A stretch of 64,000 nucleotides of DNA from Planctomycetia bacterium (GTDB lineage Bacteria > Planctomycetota > Planctomycetia > Pirellulales > Pirellulaceae), in assembly GCA_031367855.1 (NCBI GenBank), contig JANLQO010000454.1, positions 7,362 to 71,361 of the forward strand. Direction: 5' to 3'. Positions 1 to 7,711 of this stretch are shown here, one piece after another; the stretch's first letter is position 1, and each line of letters starts with the position of its first letter. The notes beneath the pieces were generated by a model. It saw only the letters and a program-made list of their open reading frames with translations, was not told the DNA's origin and ran no database searches. Position numbers and translations under genes: made by a program.

Positions 1-2007
1 GCAATCTTGGCTGAGCGAGGACAAGTCGACTTGGACGCGCCCGTAAAAACCTACTTACCTCAATTCACGGGTGACGGGCGCGACGCGGTGCTGGTCAAGC
101 ACTTGCTCAGACACTCAGCCGGCTTAATTCCCGATAACGCGATCGAAGACTATCAAGCGGGTATCGATAACGCTTGGAAGAATCTTTTCGCCGTCAAAAT
201 CCAATCGACTCCCGGCACGAAGTTTGTTTACAGCGATGTATGTTTTCAGTTGCTTGGCAAGGTTGTTGAAAACGCTAGCGGCCAGCCGCTCAACGAGTTT
301 GCGAAAGCCAACATCTTTGAACCGCTGGGGATGAAAGACACGGGATATTTGCCGGCGAATGCACTGCGTCCGCGCATCGCTCCGACCGAACCTCGCGATG
401 GAGTCATGCTGCGCGGCGAAGTCCATGACCCGCGCGCCGCGTTGATGGGTGGCGTGGCAGGACATGCGGGCCTGTTTTCGACGCTCGACGACGTCGCTCG
501 TTACGCGCAAATGATGCTCGGCGGCGGTAGCTTCGAAGGCCTTCAAGTCATGAAGCCTGAGACAGTGATTAGGCTCACCGCGTCCCACAGCGTGGAAACG
601 CGACCCGACTTCGGAGTCATTTCGCGCACCAACGGTTTTGATCATCACTCCAGCTACAGTTACAATAGCGGCGATGTCCTGAGCAGCGGTGCCTTCGGTC
701 ACGGCGGCTTCACCGGCACGGTGCTATGGATCGATCCCGTGCGCCATTGCTTCTTTGTTTTCCTAAGCAATCGATTGCATCCCGACGGCAAGGGAAACGT
801 CAACCGTTTGGCAGGAAAAGTAGCCAAGACCATCGTTGCAGGCTACCTACCAGCCCTGCCGGCCCGCGATCCGTTAGCGCCGGTCATGCTGGGTGTCGAC
901 GTGCTGCGAGAATCGCAGTATCGCTGCTTGCAAGGAAAACGCGTGGGCTTGGTTTCCAATCACACCGGCCGCACTTCCGATGGCATCTCGACTGCACAAC
1001 TGCTGCGACGCGCCGAAGGTGTGCAACTGGTCGCGTTGTTTAGCCCCGAACACGGCTTCGAAGGCTTGCTCGACGAAGCGGGAATCGGCGATTCGACCGC
1101 CGATGAATGGAAGCTGCCCATTTATTCGCTGTACGGCAAGACTCGTCGACCCACCGCCGAACAACTCGCGAACATCGACTGTCTAGTTTATGACATCCAA
1201 GATATCGGCTGCCGCTTCTACACTTACATCTCGACAATGAAAGAATGCATGCTCGCTGCCGCTGAACATGGTAAGCAGTTGATTATTCTCGACCGTCCAA
1301 ATCCGATTGGTGGCCTGGTGGTCGCAGGCTCGATGGTTGACCCGGGTCGTGAGAGTTTTGTGGCTTGCCATAATTTGCCCGTGCAACATGGCATGACCGT
1401 CGCCGAACTGGCGTTGCTGTTTCGCAAAGAACTCGATCTGAAGCTCGACTTACAAATCGTGCCGGTTCGGCATTGGGAGCGCGAACAAACTTTGGATCAG
1501 ACTGGCCAAGAGTGGGTGGATCCGTCGCCCAACATGCGTTCGCTGTTAGCCGCCAGGCTTTACCCCGGTATCGGTTTGCTTGAAACGACAAACATTTCCG
1601 TGGGTCGTGGTACGGATCGCCCGTTTGAATGGATCGGTGCTCCGTGGATGGACGGTCGCAAGTTGGCTGCTTGGTTGAACGAGCAGAACATTTCCGGCTT
1701 GCGATGCATTCCGCGGACCGTCACTCCCAGGGCGAGCAAATATGCTAATGAAGCCTGCCACGGTGTACAGTTTGTGGTTACTGAGGTGAGCGCGCTTGAG
1801 CCGCTGCAGGTGGGCTTGACCCTCGCGATAGGGCTTTGCAAGCTTTATCCTGAAGCATGGAAAGCCGCCGCAGCCGACACTCTGCTCGTCAACGCCAAGA
1901 TGCGCGATGCCATCGTCGCCGGAGCCAGCCTAAAAGAGTTGCAAGAAATCTACGCCGCCGACCTCGCAGCTTTTAAATTGCGACGCGCTTCAGTTTTGAT
2001 TTACTAG
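1..2007 (+). CDS. 5'-partial fusion protein: beta-lactamase/PBP-fold serine hydrolase domain + DUF1343 (NamZ-type exo-beta-N-acetylmuramidase) domain
   Basis: The frame is open from base 1 (track ORF 7..2007 begins at an internal TTG), so the N-terminus lies upstream of the window. The first ~290 aa carry beta-lactamase/esterase-family motifs (HLLRHSAGL, YSDVCFQLLG, GHAGLFST, GHGGFTGT). From about aa 300 there are typical DUF1343 motifs (RVGLVSNHTGRT, LFSPEHGF, YDIQDIGCRFYTYIST, ILDRPNP, NISVGRGT). Confidence 0.75.
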   Translation, partial: AILAERGQVDLDAPVKTYLPQFTGDGRDAVLVKHLLRHSAGLIPDNAIEDYQAGIDNAWKNLFAVKIQSTPGTKFVYSDVCFQLLGKVVENASGQPLNEFAKANIFEPLGMKDTGYLPANALRPRIAPTEPRDGVMLRGEVHDPRAALMGGVAGHAGLFSTLDDVARYAQMMLGGGSFEGLQVMKPETVIRLTASHSVETRPDFGVISRTNGFDHHSSYSYNSGDVLSSGAFGHGGFTGTVLWIDPVRHCFFVFLSNRLHPDGKGNVNRLAGKVAKTIVAGYLPALPARDPLAPVMLGVDVLRESQYRCLQGKRVGLVSNHTGRTSDGISTAQLLRRAEGVQLVALFSPEHGFEGLLDEAGIGDSTADEWKLPIYSLYGKTRRPTAEQLANIDCLVYDIQDIGCRFYTYISTMKECMLAAAEHGKQLIILDRPNPIGGLVVAGSMVDPGRESFVACHNLPVQHGMTVAELALLFRKELDLKLDLQIVPVRHWEREQTLDQTGQEWVDPSPNMRSLLAARLYPGIGLLETTNISVGRGTDRPFEWIGAPWMDGRKLAAWLNEQNISGLRCIPRTVTPRASKYANEACHGVQFVVTEVSALEPLQVGLTLAIGLCKLYPEAWKAAAADTLLVNAKMRDAIVAGASLKELQEIYAADLAAFKLRRASVLIY

Positions 2008-2183
2008 GGTAACGGTCCGGATGTTGTAGATGCCGAGTGGAAAATTACAACAGCCAGCCTTTCCAACCTGCAAAATGAAATATTTGCTGAGCTGGTACAA
2101 ACCCTTCGCAAGGAAAAACAGCCGCAGATGCGAGCCTTTTTTGCGGACGTCTGGTGATTGTCAGTCGGGGGATGGAAAAACGG

Positions 2184-2654
2184 CTATCCGTTACGAGCAA
2201 ACGCTTTCCAACGACTATTGGGGGATCCGGCCGCTTCGGGCAGTTTGAAATGGCCAAGGGACCAGGCTGCGAAAAAATCCGGCACACTGCCTAACAAATC
2301 GCGTTGTTGCAGCAAACTTCCGGGCTCGTACCACATCACTTCGGCAACTTCTCGGGGGTTGGGAACCGGCTGCGATTCCAGATGTCTTTCGACGAGCAAC
2401 CATTCCAGCAGCGTGCCCCACGACGTGCGACTATGCCACAAGTGCTGTGCCGAGAGCGATACTAGCCCCAGCTCTTCTTCTAGTTCGCGGACCACGGCTT
2501 GCTCCGGGGTCTCACCTTGCTCAATCGCACCGCCTGGAAAGCACAGCAAGCCTGGCGCTTTCACCGTCAAACTGCGGCGGATCACCAGGAATTTTCCATC
2601 CTCGACGACCACGCCTACTGCGCCGTGCCTCGGTTTTTTTGGACCACTGGTCAT
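2184..2654 (-). CDS. NUDIX hydrolase
   Basis: 156-aa ORF with a complete Nudix box, GAIEQGETPEQAVVRELEEELGL (G-x5-E-x7-REUxEExGU). Confidence 0.8.
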   Translation of the reverse strand: MTSGPKKPRHGAVGVVVEDGKFLVIRRSLTVKAPGLLCFPGGAIEQGETPEQAVVRELEEELGLVSLSAQHLWHSRTSWGTLLEWLLVERHLESQPVPNPREVAEVMWYEPGSLLQQRDLLGSVPDFFAAWSLGHFKLPEAAGSPNSRWKAFARNG

Positions 2655-2675
2655 GAAGCTGCCCTCCTTAGCGAA

Positions 2676-3602
2676 CTACATGATGGCTTGAATAGTACCA
2701 AATCCGCCTCCATAGATAATCATACCGATCCCGGCGCTGACTGTGACTATCGAAACGATGATCGCGGTGATCGCTTGTTTATTGTCCGCCCAATGGATGA
2801 TGCCATAGATATACGAGAAGAATGGAATCAGCAAACATAGAAAACCTTTGCCAATACTCTGTTTGAATCCGAACACGACGATGCTGAGATGTGCAAACGC
2901 GTGGATGCTGCTGCCGGTAATCATGGCGGTGATGCCCAGTACCACGAATACTGGCAAGCGCTGGACATTTCCCAAAAAGGTTCCGGCTTCCGCAGGTTCG
3001 TTAAAGCGTCCGTCAACGATGACTACTCCCGCTGCACACAAGGTCATCGCGCCGATCAGATACGACATGATCATCCACCAGGGGATCCCCGATTTCTCAC
3101 GTCGCTCGTCCATGATGCCGTCGCGCGACATATTATGAGCGGCTTCTTGTAGGAACTCGTTTTTGAACTCCAGCGTGGCAGCGATTGCCTCAAAACCGAG
3201 AGCGGTTTCCCCTGATTCAAAGTTCAATCCACAACCCGTACACAGCACCGTTCCAGGCCGAATAACTGCGCCGCATTTGGGGCAAATGGGCCCCGATTTC
3301 TTCGTCAAGCCAGCTTCGTCGAACAAGCTGTCTAATTTATTCACCGGTTGCGGCGCCGCTGCTTGTACCGCAGCTGCCGGTTTCGACTTTGCTGCAGATG
3401 CTTTACCGGTCGATGCAGTTGCGGCTTTGGCGGGGCTGGCCTTGGCTGCGGGCACAGCTGCCGGTGTGGCCGTGGTTTTCGCCGCTGTCGGATTCGGGAT
3501 TTGAATCGACTTCTGACACTTCGGGCATTTGCCACTTTTACCAGCCAAGTTGTCAGGCACGCTGAGAACTTGACCGCATGAGCATTTCAGTTTGATTGGC
3601 AT
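2676..3602 (-). CDS. Membrane protein with two N-terminal zinc-ribbon motifs
   Basis: 308-aa ORF. It has CSCGQ...CPKCQ and CPKCG...CTGCG Cys pairs separated by an Ala/Pro/Thr/Lys-rich linker. The C-terminal third has several hydrophobic helices (WWMIMSYLIGAMTLCAAGVVIV, LPVFVVLGITAMITG, and others). Confidence 0.6.
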   Translation of the reverse strand: MPIKLKCSCGQVLSVPDNLAGKSGKCPKCQKSIQIPNPTAAKTTATPAAVPAAKASPAKAATASTGKASAAKSKPAAAVQAAAPQPVNKLDSLFDEAGLTKKSGPICPKCGAVIRPGTVLCTGCGLNFESGETALGFEAIAATLEFKNEFLQEAAHNMSRDGIMDERREKSGIPWWMIMSYLIGAMTLCAAGVVIVDGRFNEPAEAGTFLGNVQRLPVFVVLGITAMITGSSIHAFAHLSIVVFGFKQSIGKGFLCLLIPFFSYIYGIIHWADNKQAITAIIVSIVTVSAGIGMIIYGGGFGTIQAIM

Positions 3603-3651
3603 AGGCTTGAGTGGCTTGGAGGAGGTTGCGTCGATTTTCGGGCCGGCGGGT

Positions 3652-3672
3652 CTCCGGTTACTTCAACCGGAG
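3652..3672. repeat. R3 hairpin module, copy 1 (CTCCGGTT-ACTTC-AACCGGAG followed by GCTAGCG)
   Basis: Perfect 8-bp stem read directly from the sequence. The same stem and flank recur inverted at 3835-3860. Confidence 0.6.
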
Positions 3673-3834
3673 GCTAGCGGTCTGTAGATTTAATCCGACT
3701 TGTAGTTGCAGGTATTAGCCGCAGGGCGCTAGCCCAGGTTGATGGATGAAACCGGACGCTAGCGAGAGCGCCCCGCTTAGTAATCAAATTGAAAACACTG
3801 ATTTACAGGTGACTTATCAGCCGGAAGGCGTTAG

Positions 3835-3860
3835 CCTCCGGTTGGGGACGCAACCGGAGG
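3835..3860. repeat. R3 hairpin module, copy 2 (CCTCCGGTTG-GGGACG-CAACCGGAGG preceded by GCGTTAGC), inverted relative to copy 1
   Basis: Perfect 10-bp stem. The reverse complement reads CCTCCGGTT..AACCGGAGGCTAACGC, matching copy 1 plus its flank. Confidence 0.6.
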
Positions 3861-3940
3861 GTTGCCTCGTCTCTATTGTGCTCAACCCACCCAGAAATCT
3901 CAACGCCGCTCGGCTCCGCGCAGAAGCTTTTGTCAAAACA

Positions 3941-5086
3941 TCAGCGGATTGCCCTGCCGATCCCAAATTGGTCTCCGACCTTCACGGCTTTACCATCTTT
4001 GAAGAAAATTTGTACCATCTTCTCGCTCTGTACCGCAGCATCGTGCTCGTCCGTCAACTGGACGACAATCTTCTTGGTCTGAACATCGATCACCTGGCCC
4101 GTGGATGGATAGGCCCAGCGTCCGTCTAAGCTAAATGTGATCCAACCCGGTTCGTCGCGCAGCTCAATATGGGTAATCGGCTTGGGTGGTTCGACCGTAT
4201 TATCATAGATATGCAAACGCTGATTAAATGCGTCGACCACCCACACCTCGCGTTCGTCTGGAGTCAGTCCAATACCGTGGCTTGGGCAACCGTGACGTTT
4301 TACCTTGCCTTTCGAGAAACCTTGCACCTCCACCCGCGCCAATTTCTTTCCAGTCGTTATGTCACCCACTTCAAACCCTAGCAATTCGTTGACGCAGACA
4401 TAACAACGCGTCTGAGCGGAATTGATCGTAAATGGTCGAATCGCTGCCGCGAAGGGGCCGACCTCGCGCACCAGTTGGTGCTTGCCGGTATCTGCAATCG
4501 AAAGCAGCGGAGATTTCAAACCCGCCAAGTACGCGAACTTTCCATCCGCGCCCACCATGGTGTTATGGGCTCCCGAGTCCGGTGTCAAATTGGCGAGCAC
4601 ATTGCCAGTGATCGTATCCACAACATTCCAGTGAGGTCCCTCAAACGATGGCACGTAGATAAATTTCCCGTGCGGGTCGATCGACATCCGGTCACAACCG
4701 CCTTCGTAAGCTTTCTCCCACAGCAGTTGTTCACCCACCAAGTCAACGCACATCAACGTCTTGATGGTACTCACGTAGATGCGTCCCGTTGCGGCGCTCG
4801 CACAGACACCTTTCACATTGATCGGTTGCCCCTTGTCATCCAAGCCTCCCAGCGGGATGCGCTTGACAAATCGATGCCCCCGATCGATGTCGAACACCAA
4901 TAATCCATGCCCGCCGTACTCGAGGTAATTTCGCACACCGGGACAAGCTACATACAACAAGTTCCCCGAGTGTGTGTTTTCTGCCGACTGCGCGATATCG
5001 GCTGTCGACAACATCATCCCCAAGAAAACCCAAAGCAGGCAGACGATTTTCTTGCGGGTCGTGTTGGGGTTGCTGGTCATTTTCAT
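3941..5086 (-). CDS. Secreted beta-propeller repeat protein (YncE/lactonase-like fold), function unknown
   Basis: 381-aa ORF with an N-terminal signal-like segment (KKIVCLLWVFLGMMLSTADIAQSA). The beta-strand-rich pattern repeats (LYVACPG, IYVSTI, IYVPSF, AYLAGL, CYVCVN, VWVVDA), as in 6-7 bladed propellers. Confidence 0.5.
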   Translation of the reverse strand: MKMTSNPNTTRKKIVCLLWVFLGMMLSTADIAQSAENTHSGNLLYVACPGVRNYLEYGGHGLLVFDIDRGHRFVKRIPLGGLDDKGQPINVKGVCASAATGRIYVSTIKTLMCVDLVGEQLLWEKAYEGGCDRMSIDPHGKFIYVPSFEGPHWNVVDTITGNVLANLTPDSGAHNTMVGADGKFAYLAGLKSPLLSIADTGKHQLVREVGPFAAAIRPFTINSAQTRCYVCVNELLGFEVGDITTGKKLARVEVQGFSKGKVKRHGCPSHGIGLTPDEREVWVVDAFNQRLHIYDNTVEPPKPITHIELRDEPGWITFSLDGRWAYPSTGQVIDVQTKKIVVQLTDEHDAAVQSEKMVQIFFKDGKAVKVGDQFGIGRAIR

Positions 5087-5140
5087 AGCATGATTTCCGT
5101 TATTGAATTCAGATTCCCGCTTTGAATTTGGGACCTAGAG

Positions 5141-5200
5141 TAGTGTAGAGCAATTGTCGCAATTGCTCCGGCAAACGATTGGGACAATCGTTCTACACTA
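5141..5200. repeat. R2 repeat: two hairpin units in inverted orientation forming a 60-nt palindrome
   Basis: The sequence is TAGTGTAGAGCAATTGtcgCAATTGCTC ... AACGATTGggaCAATCGTTCTACACTA. Unit stems are at 5148-5168 and 5174-5192. Related units occur at 10404-10512 and 19646-19673. Confidence 0.7.
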
Positions 5201-5234
5201 AAACTCCCAATCTCAAATCATCATTTAGGCGAAG

Positions 5235-6029
5235 CTAGAGACTTTTTTCCTTCGGCTTCAGTCGCGCTGCTTCGGCCTCGGTGAGTGCTGGCGCTACAGG
5301 TTGCTGATAATCGAGCGCGTAGTCATAACCAGCGCGGTCATAAACGAGCGTAAAGGCTTGCTGCAAATCGAGCTTCACGTCTGGGTCCGATCCCGCCAAG
5401 GGAATAGGAATGACGGGCAATCGGTTCAATAATCGCCAACCGTATACTTCGACGAAGGGACGCCGCTCCGCTCGGCTAATCATGGCGAAGCAATCGCCCG
5501 CCGGTGGTTCCGACACTAAAGTTCTTTCGCCATTGCGGAGCAAATCAAGCTCGACAAAGTGTGCTTTCGTCTTCAGCAGCGCCGACGACTTGTCTGTGTA
5601 TTGTTGTCGGCCATCCGTGCCCTTGCGCTTGTTCGTCGGCGACAGCAATTCGATTACCGTCACCACTTCACTGGGCTTGCCGCGCCGGATCGTCAAGAAA
5701 GTTTCGCGATGTTCTTCCACGAAGGGAATCGTACACGTCTTCATTTCAACCCTAGTTTCGGTCATCACAGCTAAGCCGCCGTCTGATTCCTCACGGTCCA
5801 TTGCCGGCTCGCGACCCGTTTTTATCATCGCCGCGTCAGCAATAAATGATTGCACCGGAGTAGCGGGGTCGTGGGTCTCCAAGTAAATCCGCCGCTCCAC
5901 CTCGACGATGTAGTATGGGCGAACTGCAGCAACGATCGCTTCACTGATTGCTGTCAAGTATCGAGTATGAAAATCCTCCCATTTTTGACTTTCAATAAAC
6001 GGATCCATGCCGGGAAAGGGAGATGGCAT
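5235..6029 (-). CDS. DUF4058 family protein
   Basis: The N-terminus MPSPFPGMDPFIE... is the characteristic DUF4058 start. I place the start at the ATG at 6029 (M39 of track ORF 5235..6143) because the longer ORF overlaps the stop of the upstream gene at 6094. Confidence 0.65.
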   Translation of the reverse strand: MPSPFPGMDPFIESQKWEDFHTRYLTAISEAIVAAVRPYYIVEVERRIYLETHDPATPVQSFIADAAMIKTGREPAMDREESDGGLAVMTETRVEMKTCTIPFVEEHRETFLTIRRGKPSEVVTVIELLSPTNKRKGTDGRQQYTDKSSALLKTKAHFVELDLLRNGERTLVSEPPAGDCFAMISRAERRPFVEVYGWRLLNRLPVIPIPLAGSDPDVKLDLQQAFTLVYDRAGYDYALDYQQPVAPALTEAEAARLKPKEKSL

Positions 6030-6093
6030 CTTTTGAGTTTCCATAGCGACGTGGAGGCTTTGAGAATACCAGTTAATGATAGCACGACGAGGC

Positions 6094-7524
6094 CTATTCT
6101 TCATCGTCAGAAAGCGGTTCCGCGTGGGATTCGTCGAGTCCAAGTTGCGTCAGGCGGCGCAGCAGTCTCGGGCGACTGATGCCTAACCAGCGGGCGACGC
6201 GGGCGCGGTTGCGCGGTGAAAGCTTGATGGCACGGGAGATGATAATGCGTTCCAGATCGAGCAGAACGTCATCTAACTTGATCGGTTCCACCACTTGCTC
6301 GCTAGCAACGACGCTGCCCGCAAAGGTGCGGATCGAAACCGGTAAGTGTTGACTTTGAACCGCAGCCGAAAACACCGCGTGCTGAATCATGTCGGCTACA
6401 CAGCGTTGAACTTCGCCGAGATTTTCTGGCCATGCATAGGCCGTCAACAGATCCGACGCTTCAGCGGACAGCGACAATAGACTGCGATTGAGTTTGTTGC
6501 ATTGGGCCGAGAGAACTTGTTGCACCAGAATGTCGATATCCTCGCGGCGAGAGGCCAGCGCTGGCAAGTGAATTTCGACCGGCGCAAGCAGCGAAACCAA
6601 ACGATCCCAGCCCTGACCGCGTTGCGAGAGGTCCGCCGACGCTTGGCAGGAGGTTGCCGCCACAACGCACTCGCTGGCGTGACCGGTCATCCACTGAATG
6701 ACCGGATTGATCGCTCCCTCGGCCAGTAGGTCGACCTGCTCGAGCACCAGCAGTTGGCTGGCTCGAGGCGTGCTGGCTCGCAGGCGGCCCTCAAAAACCT
6801 CCAGCATCCCAAGCAACAATTCGGTATCCAGCGCCGAGCAATCGAGTGGAAACAACTGTCCCGCCACCTTCGGTACTCCCATCCGCCGCAGCCGACCACC
6901 AAAGATACCGCGTGTCACGTCGCTCTTGCCAATGTATTTTGGTCCGGTCACCAACAGATTGCTGTCGCCCTGAATTGCCAACTGCGCCCGCTGCATGGCC
7001 AGTCGAATAGCTGGGCTTTCGCCAAGTAATGGCAGCAACCCATCCAAACTGGACCATTGACTACGCAGTCGCACAAGCACTTCATCCGTCGGCCGTCGTA
7101 ATAGCGGATTGTCGCTACGGAGGTGCGGCAACTGCGATTTGATCTCGTCCCAGTCGCCCAGCAGCACCAGCACCATTGCCAGCGTGCTGGACGGATCGCG
7201 GAGCGGAATGAATAGTTGTCCCGTTGCGGTTGAACCAAACACAATCGGCGTGGTCAAATGCCGCGCGACGATCTGCCCTTCGAGCGCGCTGACCGGCGGC
7301 GCTAGGGAAGTGAGCAAAGCAGCGTGGGGGGCATCATCGGCGGCGATCTCCCAACTACAGCGCTGTCCAACTAACTGCGTCGCATCCGTTTTGGCCAATT
7401 CACACAGCCCAGCGTTGGCAAACAGAATTTCGCCATGCCAGTCTAGAATCGCCAGCGGTCGCCCCAGTTCGTCGAGGCTCTTGGCCAATAACCGACTGTT
7501 GCCGCCGCGATACGCTGAACTCAT
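6094..7524 (-). CDS. PAS + AAA+ (sigma-54-activator-like, degenerate) + Fis-type HTH transcriptional regulator
   Basis: Three parts are recognisable. There is a PAS-like N-terminus (LAILDWHGEILFANAGLCELA). The central domain aligns to bEBP AAA+ modules (LLVTGPKYIGKS at Walker A, LLVLEQVD at Walker B, LPALASRREDIDILV). The C-terminus is a Fis-type HTH (NRARVARWLGISRPRLLRRL). The start is placed at M34 (7524) because the first 33 codons of the track ORF run into the R1 repeat. Confidence 0.65.
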   Translation of the reverse strand: MSSAYRGGNSRLLAKSLDELGRPLAILDWHGEILFANAGLCELAKTDATQLVGQRCSWEIAADDAPHAALLTSLAPPVSALEGQIVARHLTTPIVFGSTATGQLFIPLRDPSSTLAMVLVLLGDWDEIKSQLPHLRSDNPLLRRPTDEVLVRLRSQWSSLDGLLPLLGESPAIRLAMQRAQLAIQGDSNLLVTGPKYIGKSDVTRGIFGGRLRRMGVPKVAGQLFPLDCSALDTELLLGMLEVFEGRLRASTPRASQLLVLEQVDLLAEGAINPVIQWMTGHASECVVAATSCQASADLSQRGQGWDRLVSLLAPVEIHLPALASRREDIDILVQQVLSAQCNKLNRSLLSLSAEASDLLTAYAWPENLGEVQRCVADMIQHAVFSAAVQSQHLPVSIRTFAGSVVASEQVVEPIKLDDVLLDLERIIISRAIKLSPRNRARVARWLGISRPRLLRRLTQLGLDESHAEPLSDDEE

Positions 7525-7577
7525 AGCGTGTTTCTGTTTTGAGGTGGTTGCTGATTCGGCGACTGTCGGATAGTTTT

Positions 7578-7667
7578 GACTCAAAAGGTGTCTGACCCTC
7601 TCCGGGCATGCAGAATCCCGCAACGCTGTATGCCCTCCAAAGGGTCAGACACCTTTTGAGACAAAGC
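7578..7667 (-). repeat. R1 palindromic intergenic element, copy 1 (reverse orientation)
   Basis: The arms GACTCAAAAGGTGTCTGACCCTCTCCGGGCATG ... TGCCCTCCAAAGGGTCAGACACCTTTTGAGACAAAGC match the copies at 12833-12931 and 52304-52404. Confidence 0.8.
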
Positions 7668-7711
7668 GTAATATTTATGCCCCTAGGTCAAGATTAGTCT
7701 AACGGTTTGCC

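Noticed and set aside
3746-4129. A 127-aa plus-strand ORF spanning the R3 hairpin region and the 3' end of the beta-propeller gene.
   Set aside because: It starts inside a repeat-rich spacer and overlaps the convergent propeller gene antisense. It has no motif and no RBS.
7400-7609. A 69-aa ORF beginning MPGEGQTPFESK. Similar peptides sit at the start of track ORF 12861..15521 and in 12804..13142 and 52307..52522.
   Set aside because: The shared peptide comes from translating the conserved arms of the R1 palindromic repeat on either strand. The copies differ in frame continuation and have no ribosome-binding sites, so I treat them as repeat artefacts rather than a small-protein family.
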